Positions 54,903-64,000 of a stretch of 64,000 nucleotides of DNA are shown here, piece after piece. Numbering within the stretch: position 1 is the stretch's first letter; each line of letters opens with the position of its first letter. A program made the translations under genes and the position numbers. The stretch covers positions 1 to 64,000 of the forward strand of contig KZ538138.1 in NCBI GenBank assembly GCA_000934665.2. The letters are read 5' to 3'. The notes below the pieces were generated by a model. That model did no database searches and was not told the DNA's origin. It saw only the letters and a program-made list of their open reading frames with translations. This stretch comes from Catajapyx aquilonaris (Eukaryota).

Positions 54903-57214
54903 TTCCTTCCGGAGCGTTCCAGAGGCGAAAAAAATTTATTATAGGGGGAAGGCTATTATTATAGGGGGAATGTTGAACCTATATTCATAGATCTACACTG
55001 TACCCTACTTGTTGACAGACAGCACCGCACACAAAAATATTTTGAAATGTCAGATATGATCATTAGCAGAAAATATGACTGCCACTGGCAGTTCATTTTA
55101 CATTTTAAAATGTATTTTGTAGCGAAAACAAATTTGTGACGTATAACACATATTTTTAAAACAATATTTGGATATTTTTTCACTTAATGGACGTCACGGG
55201 GACCACCCTACCCATGTTCGCTATTCAAAATTTCCCGATTAAGTGTCGTTGTTTGTGGTTGGAAAACATGTACAGGGCTTGTAATGAACAGTGCCATATC
55301 ATTGTCGGTAAACCCACAATGATACCTGGCACCAGAGTAGCGCTTACACCAAGTGCTATACCCTGTCACCGCGCACATTATGTGCTGAAATAATGTATGT
55401 CATGAAACATACATTCCGCGTTGCATCATTTAAAAAGGGCTTACTCTAACAATAATATGAAAAGTTATGGAAAAACTTGTACGTGGTATTTTTTTAGTTA
55501 AAATAATGTCTTTTAATGGAGCGGAGCTCGAAGGATTTTAATGTCACGCCAACAATGTTAACATGTGACAATTTGCTGCAAAAAACTGATGAATATAGAC
55601 AGATAGGTTTCATGCCACACAAGTAAATGACAGACTCATTTCATTTTGACCAGTGAATGGCATATATGACGTGCAAATAACGTGCCAGTTTGACCATTTC
55701 AGTTTTTAAAACTTTCCACAAAAATTACAGCTCTAAGCGAAGCATACACAATAAATACGTACATATTATTGTCACATACCGTACCAACAATGCTGTACTT
55801 TTTTCAATTTTAGGCTGGATCTTGCAGCACGGTTATAAAATTTAAATCATTTTATAACATACAGCATATGTATGTCATAATAATACTGTCCATTTCTAGC
55901 GTGGTGTGTCATGTTGTGTATTATGCCACGTTATAGCATTTGTTTGGCCATAATTGAGGGCACGCTCGGCTTGACAAATTAATGCACCTAGTATCAATAT
56001 ACACGTGTAATCAGTGGAGGCTGGCACACCCAACAGAAAAGACTATGGAAACTTTCCCCCTGAAGGAAAACCATGCAGTTGGCAGGCGCTCTTTCCCAGC
56101 AGGATATTAATATTGCCTCTTCTCCACTTTGCTTGGCAATGGATCGTAGGCGTTTTACAAGCCTCGGCAGCTGCTTATTAAAGAATACGATTCTGTTCAT
56201 TTGTTTCATAGACAAGACACATTGCCGCCCCTGCGCCAATAGAGACGAGCCGAGGGGGAAGAAAATCTTTTCATTTACATAATGAAATCCCCGTAATCAA
56301 ACCTAATGAGATGGCCGATAAGATGAACTTGTTATTCCTCTTCTCTGAAAAGGGAAAAGGAGCTCCATTTAGGAGGGCGGAAATAGTTTTTTTTTTCGAA
56401 GCAATTGATCTTAAAAGCACTGCAGTTCCGCTTTGTTATATACAGTACACGATACGGTTGATATTTCGTAAGAATTCTCGTGGCAAATGTTGACCCCATG
56501 TACTGGCTGGTTGTACTGCATATGTAGAGTACCGTTTGCATTGCCAGGGTCTGCGTGACTGATCCACAGTATTACAGGCAGTGAGGGGAGAGAAAAACGA
56601 ATATCGATTTTCACTGCTGTTGGGATGTTTCCCGCAGTCATTAATCAGAGATAACATTTGTTTCGCCGATTGAGGAGTTAATGAATCAGTTTACGGAAAC
56701 GAATTATCTCAGAAATGTGTTTTGCCTTCTGGGTGTGACGGCAGTAATAATGTGGGGGGCGAATATTGTTTGCATTAAAGCAATCACAATAGTGCAGGAG
56801 AAAAATCGGGGCCATGTTGGGTAAGCTTTAACCAGGATTTTTCAGCGCCTGTTTGAGGGGGGGGGGGGGGGGGGNGGGGGGGGAATATCGAGGCATAATA
56901 TTGATAGACAGGAAGGACGGTGTATGAATTACGCAGAAAAAGTGCGCTTCCCTGCCTTCACATAAAAGAACAAAGTGCCCGCTGCAATATTTACAGGGGG
57001 AAGCAGTTTCACAAACTGATGCAGTTGACTGATAGTATACGCAACCGGGTTTATTGGGTCAAAGGGCCGCCCGTCTATCATGCATGAAGTCGACTCACAA
57101 CCTTATCGATGCAAATAGGCTTACAGTATGAATGGCAGAAATTCAAAGGGCAAGGTTGACAGTATTATTACTATTCTCTCACGATTAATCTATCAGCTTG
57201 GTTAAAGTCAGGTA

Positions 57215-57462
57215 CAGTGTTGGACATTTCGTCATACTGCGCCAGAAGTGCAAATCGAAGTGATACAGCCGTGAAAGTAAGAAGAGGTAGGCCTTGAGTG
57301 ACGTCACCGGCTGGGGGGCAATGGAGAAAAGGCTTGTCCCCCAGCCAGTGACGTCACCCAAGGGCTACCATTTCTTACTCGCACGGCTCGCACTCTATCA
57401 CTTCGATTTGCACGTCTGCCGCATCGGAAAATGTCGTTAGCAGTATGATGGAATTCATGTCC
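57215..57462. mobile_element. Family D MITE, copy 3 (deletions in the left arm, right tip lost)
   Basis: TA|CAGTGTTGGACATT..., with the same core as copies 1 and 2. Confidence 0.9.
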
Positions 57463-57606
57463 TGTGCTCTGGACAGGTTTTATATTAGTTGCCTTGCTCA
57501 ACTTCATGGAAATGTATTCTCCAGCTAGCCTCAAACCAGGTTTCAGACGAACTTACTACAAACCATGTAGCCTCAGTGCCATCTAACGGTTCGCATCACA
57601 ACTTAC

Positions 57607-57680
57607 CTCAAGACATCTAGCGGTTACGTCGGGTAATTCCTCGATGAAATGCACTCCAAGGAATTTTGTGGCCAAAATTC
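57607..57680 (-). CDS. Weak candidate exon on the minus strand: xILATKFLGVHFIEELPDVTARCLE
   Basis: Consensus donor GAG|GTAAGT. The acceptor TTCAG lacks a polypyrimidine tract. Confidence 0.2.
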
Positions 57681-58004
57681 CTGAACTTTTACCAGACGTA
57701 TGTGTGCTCCAGTCTCGTGTTATGTTGTAGTGTCTGTAACAAGGACGGGTGAGGAGAGTCAAGTGTTGGGGCCGAGTGGAGTGGAGTGTTGTAGGCGGCC
57801 ATTCATCAAGAAGAGAAGTGGTCAATGTCGTAGGCTCGCCTGGGAAGGAGGTTGCGCTCCATCTGCTGTCCTCAAAAGAGCTGGTGTCAGCCACAACTGC
57901 AATCGATGATCCATTTGTCATTCACTTGACAAATGCCCACCCAGGTTTTTCTACCCCAAAACAGGAGCAAATCCGCCACTTTGCTCTTACAGGTACAAGG
58001 TGTG

Positions 58005-58470
58005 CTATGGGGTTCATATTCTTTTGGCCACTTTATCCTGGTCTTGAAGCAACCCTTCACACACACACACCCAAACTTGTCGTCTATAAGGTGTGGGGAC
58101 GTTGATAACACAACTTTTCGAAGCGAGTTTAAACTAACCTAACCTAACCTAACCTAACCTAACCTAACCTACCTAAACTAACCTAGGCTGAGAGAAATAG
58201 ATTTTTCGTGAACCCAATTGTGGGGGCTAGGTCCCCACTAGTTGGACATGTCCCCACTAGAGTTGTACCAAACCTGTGTTTGGCTGTGGGGACGTGAAAA
58301 TGTCCCCACAACAGAAGGTGTCCCCACAGTTATAGTCAATACGTAGGTTTTCGTCCTCAGAGATAATTGAAGACAGGACCACCCCCCACACGCACTTTCT
58401 CACCGTGGGGCCTGTGAGAAGGGTTGCTTCAAGACCAGATAAAGTGGCCAAAATAATTTGAGCCCCATAG
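58005..58470. mobile_element. Family B MITE interrupted by element C
   Basis: CTATGGGGTTCA...TGGCCACTTTATCCTGGTCTTGAAGCAACCCTTC / GAAGGGTTGCTTCAAGACCAGATAAAGTGGCCA...TGAGCCCCATAG|TA. Confidence 0.9.
58076..58377. mobile_element. Element C: ~300-bp insertion with short imperfect TIRs, repeated GTCCCCAC motifs and an internal (AACCT)n tract
   Basis: Absent from the family B copy at 14801. Ends are CTTGTCGTCTAT / ATTGAAGACAGG, and (AACCT)n lies at ~58136-58185. Confidence 0.8.
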
Positions 58471-59481
58471 TAGATTGAATAGGGGTTTTGCTGAAGGTGA
58501 CATGGTGCAGTACAGTTAGTAAAAAAAAAGTGAGACGTCCTGTCATGTATTTTCGTTTGCACTGCGGGCATGCTGCGACTTTGCTTCGGTTCGTTTCAAT
58601 TACTCTAATGGGAAATAATCGAGAGTAATCACCAAGGCCATTGGCGAAATGGACGGTTTGTGCTGGCGAGCGTGCAGAGATAACAAAAACATTGGCGTGG
58701 ATGGCGGCCAAAGCGTGTATAATGATGTTTGAGGCGGAAAAGCCAATGCCGGCTAATTCCTGTCTTTTGGAGGCCGGAGCGTCAAATTAATGCGCGTCCC
58801 CCCAGCAGTCTTTTTCATCCGCACGGTGTTCATTTGCTGGCCTCACAGAACATGCCTACACGTAATCATGTGTACATTATGGTCCACTGCATATATACGA
58901 CACGTCATTCACTTTTCTTGCGGCTAAGGATGATATGTGGGGATCATCAGTGCAATGGTAGGAATTCAGGATAATGTTAAGTTTTCATGGAGGTTGATGT
59001 TTGAATCCTGGTGTGAGGACGGTGGTCAGCTAGATTCTTTTTCAGCTGCGAGCAAGCTTTTGCGGTTTTACCAACGTGACGTGTGGGCCTTTGCTCTTTT
59101 ATTTCTTGGATTACTGTGCACGCTTGCTGAACTTTTTTAGGCCAGTGCTGTACAGGGTGCTTCATTTATGAGTTTGCTCAAAAAAAATTCGCAACAAAAT
59201 GAAAGTTACACGATTGTGTAATATTACGCTGTTTTCCTATTATAACATGCTCTGACGCATGGACTACCGCTGATAACTTTGTTGCGGTTACATTGATATT
59301 TCTAAGCGCTTGACAATATATGCAAATTGTGTACGCGGTGTCACTGAACTTTTTAAATGAGATGTTATATTGTATGTTTACGGTAATTAGCTCTGATTGA
59401 ATTCAAATCGATATCAATTTACAGCATTATGGGAAGCTATTTTCTAAACGAAACATTAAAGCGACCATCCACTTGACATCA

Positions 59482-59537
59482 CTACAAGTAGGTGTAGAGC
59501 ATGATGTTTAAACATCATGCTCTACACCTACTTGTAG
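59482..59537. repeat. Perfect 56-bp palindrome without spacer
   Basis: CTACAAGTAGGTGTAGAGCATGATGTTT|AAACATCATGCTCTACACCTACTTGTAG. Confidence 0.97.
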
Positions 59538-59591
59538 ATAGACACAATCATGGAGCTGAAAATAGCCTCTTCTGACAATGATTGTGTCTAT
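59538..59591. repeat. Hairpin with a 14-bp perfect stem abutting the palindrome
   Basis: ATAGACACAATCAT-N26-ATGATTGTGTCTAT. Confidence 0.9.
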
Positions 59592-60264
59592 TTAATTTAC
59601 CAGGAAATTAATTTTTCGCTCGACTAAAAAATTGCGATGTGACATGTAGTGTTCCACGTGACATGTTTCCACGTGGTGTGTCACCTTCTGTGAGTATGGA
59701 ACAGTTGGGTAATAGCAAGTGCTCGTTGAAACACGTTCATAACGTTGCGGCATATTGTGCACGGCAGGTGTGGCACAGGGACATCTAGAGTCAGCTCTCA
59801 TCATTGTCGTCCAAGAACTTGACGTGTGACCTTCGGATATCATTACCAGTTGGGCGAGGTAGATTGATCCATTCATGTGTTGAAGTTGAGCTTCGTGGTT
59901 TGCCTTTTCATTACCCGTCAACCCGTTCATTAGAGAGCAAAGGCCATTTTGTATAGATGTGTTTTTTTGGGGGGGATGCTCTGGGCCGGGTGTACAGTCC
60001 AATAGTGTGCTCTTTTATGCATATTGAAATCGATTGCTTTGTGTGAGAGAAGTTTTTCGGTTTTTCCTGAATTGGCAGCTGTTGCCTCTTTTAGTCACGA
60101 CAGCTATATTGGTGTTAAACATCATGTGAAAACATCATTAATATATTGATATAATAGAGAAGGCTAGTCATCAGGACTCTGATGATATTTCCTAAACACT
60201 CGCAGTTGTGTGCAATATGCATCGTCATTGTCGTCCACCTGAGAATATTGACTATAGAATTATT

Positions 60265-60301
<37 letters not shown>

Positions 60302-60404
60302 GTCTGAGGTGGGCAGGGGTGGGGGGTGGGACAGGTTGTTTTTAGGTTCTTTCTCATGTGTTTTATTAGTTCATATGTTGGGTTAGCTTGCATCTCCCTT
60401 CATC

Positions 60405-60479
60405 GCTGACTACCCCTCATAGGGAAATGTCGTGATGCTGTTGTTGTTGTTGTTGTATTATTATTATTATTATTATTAT
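60405..60479 (+). mobile_element. Possible retroposon 3' end with (TTG)n(TTA)n tail
   Basis: CCCCTCATAGGGAAATGTCGTGATG resembles the 15857/19382 tail motif. Confidence 0.35.
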
Positions 60480-62369
60480 AGGTCCATGTGTCAGCCTAAT
60501 TGTTTATGTACAGTTCAAGCATTATTATGAGTAATTAGGAGTGCACAGTAGGCCCTGCTACATCTAGGATGTAATTAACCGAAATAATGGTCATTATTAT
60601 GATTAATGTATACAAAGCTTACTGTATGCCGGCTTTGATCCATGTAGGAATGCAAGGGGGAAGGACAATGTCCCTGTCCGCTTGGCAGTATTATAGTTTC
60701 TCTGTGCAAAGCGATACACTTCTATTCACTCACCTAGTATACACCAGAACATTTGATATTTTTGTGTTAAAAACACACTTTATTGAAAAGGTTTGTTTCT
60801 GCATGAATAAATAGGCTATATGCAAAATGCATGGGGATATTTTTGGACAGTGCCATTGCAATAACTCGTGCAAACCGACTAACCGAGGAGCACTTGACTC
60901 CTAACATGAACAATCCCAAAATACGCGTTATGTTTAAGCTACCACTTACATGTTGGGACTACCCCCAAACACAGCTGATACTATATTTAGCAGAGTGGTG
61001 TTGCTTTTACATGCAAATATTTACGCAGTATAAAATGCATTGCGCAAACATTGTGGTACGAATGTTTCAACAAAACCCAACTTTTCATGCACCAATTTTT
61101 GAAAGTTTGAGTGTTATTTATGACTGGCAAACACTGAAGTATTTTTTAAACGTGACGTAATTTATGTATGCCATTATTATCATGTTGATGCTGAAAATCT
61201 GTGGCGCCAATTTTGTCGACAGCATTTGCAATCAGTGTAATTGTTCTTTGAAGTTTTCTTAGGTAAATCATGTGCAACTTATTTCCGTAAAGTTTTCTTG
61301 AACATGTGAGCAGAGGAAGTTGGAAATGCGAAGAAACCACGGCGTACCTCTCTCTTACCCGTAATTATTAATAGTTTCTCAAAGTAATATTAATGTCCTG
61401 CAAATGGGAGATCAAAGCCAACCGTAATGAGTTCCTAGTAGCAAGAAATGAGGTTCTTTGTAAGGACAGACACACCTGAAACACATCTTAATTCATTTAC
61501 TCTACTTTCTACCTATACTATCCAGGCTGATGACACATGATGAGACCAAAAGACAGCAAGTCACCCTGTAACATTGACTGATTGAACCTGCATTGAATAC
61601 CAGCTCCCTAATCGCGGTTGGTCTCCACGTCCAGGCCCAATAGCTCAAATTTGGTGGGCGTTATCTCCCGACCAACCCTCATCATACTGTAGGTGTGACA
61701 CTAACCGACCTTAATCCTCACCTGAGAGGGATTTATTGGCGTCCGTCCACCTACTGCATAATCATGGAACGCAGTTTGCACTTGTAATGAGGACGGTGCA
61801 TACAGACACATAGGAAGTGGACACATTGTTTCCGGGGGTTAGTTAGAAAGAAGTTTAAAAAATAGGTTTATGGGTAGGGTTGATGAGGCGGGTTTCCTTG
61901 AGCTCTCTTCTTATTTTTTTGGAATTTTTTTTTCTCCTGGCTTGTAATTACCCCGATGAAAACTTTGGGAGGGAAAAAGTTGGGAACAAAAGCGGGCGAG
62001 GATTGCGGTGGGCTAATAAAAGTGGCTGTAGTGCGGTGGAGGTTGTGCAGTAGTGTAGATCTCAGTAGGTGGAAGGCAGGCCCTTCCCAATTGGTACAAG
62101 ACCAGGAGGAATTCTCAAGCCTTTTGCTAATGAAAATTCCCGCGGGCCGTCTCAGCTGCTTGGCTTCCCCTTTTTCTTATTGTTGCCAGTAAGATGTGTT
62201 CACACGAACTGGAAACGCCTTCTCGTCATACTTTGCAGCGAGTCATTCGCTAGCCTCAACCGAAGCTCCTCTGAACTGATCACAAACATCTAGCCTCCTC
62301 CACAGCCCTACAGAAAACATCACAAATCCTAGTGGGCACTATAGTGTCGCAAGTACATTGATTAAAACG

Positions 62370-62932
62370 CCATTGGTTTCATAAAGGTTTGGCCAGTTCG
62401 TCCCTGACTATTTCGCTCATCCTGGCTTGATGCAACCCGTTGCATAGGCCCCAAGGTGAGGCGAACCCCACCCAGCCCACGGACACTACCCCTACAGTCT
62501 TATCTTATCGCCTGCCGGGGCGTTTTGCATGGGGTGCTCACCTGAGAGCGCCATGAGACCTTTCACTGCTGGATTATGTGGCGACCCTACCGGACTAGGC
62601 TGAACTTTATAGGTACAAAAGGGAAGCGCTACATTGGGGAACCCAACATGGTCGCCGGCGGCCATGTTGGGCCCGAATGTAGCGGCTTCTCTTCTACCTA
62701 AGTTCAGCGTAGTCCGGTAGGGTCGCCACATAATCCATAAGTGAAAAGCTGTCTCATGGTGCTCTCAAGTGAGCACTTCATGCAATACGCCCCGGCAGGC
62801 GATAAGAGGGAGTGTCCAGACCTTGGTATTCTAAGACCATGACCCCACCTCACCTTGGGGCCTGTGCTGGTTGCATCAAGCCAGGATGAACGAAATGGTC
62901 AGGGACGAACTGTCCATTATTGAAGCGATAGT
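62370..62932. mobile_element. Family B-related MITE interrupted by family A copy 3
   Basis: Arms CAGTTCGTCCCTGAC...CATCCTGGCTTGATGCAACC...GGCCCCAAGGTGAGG / CCTCACCTTGGGGCC...GGTTGCATCAAGCCAGGATG...GTCAGGGACGAACTG. Outer limits are approximate. Confidence 0.85.
62473..62841. mobile_element. Family A palindromic element, copy 3 (369 bp) with an 8-bp target-site duplication
   Basis: ACCCCACC at 62465-62472 and 62842-62849. Ends are CAGCCC... and ...GACCATG. Confidence 0.92.
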
Positions 62933-64000
62933 ACGTTTATACTGTGGTGTGGCCGAAAAAGCAACGATGTTTGAATTGCAGCGCAGGTTCAGGTGATGGA
63001 TAACTCATTTCGGTAGGATGAATCTTGACCGATGGCCCCGGATTAAACATGCTTATGCAGTAAGGGACGTGTTAAGCGGTAATTAGCGGGAATTAATCTG
63101 AACTGCAGCATACACTATAAAATGTTTCTGGGCGAGGCCGAGGTCACTGCATGTATCCTCATAAACGGGATCTCGTGCTGTGCCCGGATTGAGCCAGATA
63201 CGGATACGAAATGCATGCGATACCTACTGCATTTTGCACGTCTTTTCACTTCCTACACCCATAAAGCAAACGCATAAACCCCTGGTTCTGCGTCAGATTC
63301 TCGCATCACACGCGACACAGGTTTATAGTGCGTGGCCTACCAATATGGCCCCATCACGCTCGTACATTTACGACGTGTAAGTGAATGCGCATAGTATCCT
63401 GCCATAGAGACGTAGGGACCCCCCCGAATTGACATTATACCCTCCTCTCTTTCCGGTATAATTGCAGATGTATGTTCAGCTCGTAATCTCGGCTCCCAAA
63501 CAGCGTTGACAATCGACCCAGGTCTCCCAACTTTTTACGGTACGTAGCCGTACTTCGGACCAGTTCATTCCGAGAGAATAAAAAATCAGGGGCCTTACTG
63601 CGCATCATTTGCGCTAATATAGTCCCAGGCCCTTGTTTTTGGCCATGTGCTGCATTGATTATGAATAGCAGTGTAGAACATGTATCTGCTCGGGGTGAAG
63701 TGAATTAGGCCCTCAGCTCCCTTGTCCATTTTGGAGCATTACTGTCGGTTGCCGGAGTGATGCTCTTTATTACAACGCTGCGTTTACATCACCGGACCGC
63801 GGACCAGATTGCGAATATTGACTGCTGTGCACCATGGCGTGCATTTGCTAATTAGTAACTACTAGGTATTTATTCATCTGGTCGGGTATTTATTTGAATT
63901 GGAAGCTGGGAGAGAAGGCTGAAAGGAAAAGCAAATTGAGGTTGGTCATATTGATTTGAAAACCTATTTTGAACTATGTGAAATTGGAATATAGTGACCA

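Noticed and set aside
58136..58185. True telomere or chromosome fusion site
   Set aside because: A short single-orientation tract embedded in a nested mobile element.
59482..59537. pre-miRNA
   Set aside because: A perfect loop-less palindrome is atypical, and I recognised no conserved miRNA sequence here or elsewhere in the window by eye.
63468..63539. Exon candidate (TTGCAG...ACG|GTACGT)
   Set aside because: The peptide is unremarkable, and the 3' part resembles a hAT-like terminus (CAGGTCTCCCAACTTTTT). Neither reading is supportable.

Overview
This is 64 kb of eukaryotic, almost entirely non-coding DNA: either a large intron or a gene-desert-like region. It is probably from an arthropod, inferred from a (TTAGG)n tract and an insect-type tRNA-derived SINE body. 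None of the six-frame ORFs looks like a complete gene, and there is no operon, CRISPR array or rRNA. What I can support: one well-formed 81-bp internal exon candidate (35290-35370, +, product unidentified) and two weaker candidates; several families of short palindromic non-autonomous DNA elements (my labels: A x3, B x3, C, D x3, F, a pogo-like element, a 76-bp GGG-ended element and a TTAA-flanked element); a tRNA-Arg-derived SINE; retroposon 3' tails; a possible LINE remnant; four minisatellites; microsatellites; and two assembly gaps. The most unusual signal is family A, a ~369-bp rod-like hairpin element. Its termini are asymmetric and not inverted, its two arms show copy-specific compensatory changes, and its flanking duplications vary (8 bp, ~6 bp, ~67 bp). 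Two of the three copies sit in or beside other small inverted-repeat elements. Family B hairpins carry nested insertions at their loop in two of three copies. I found no convincing new protein-coding system.
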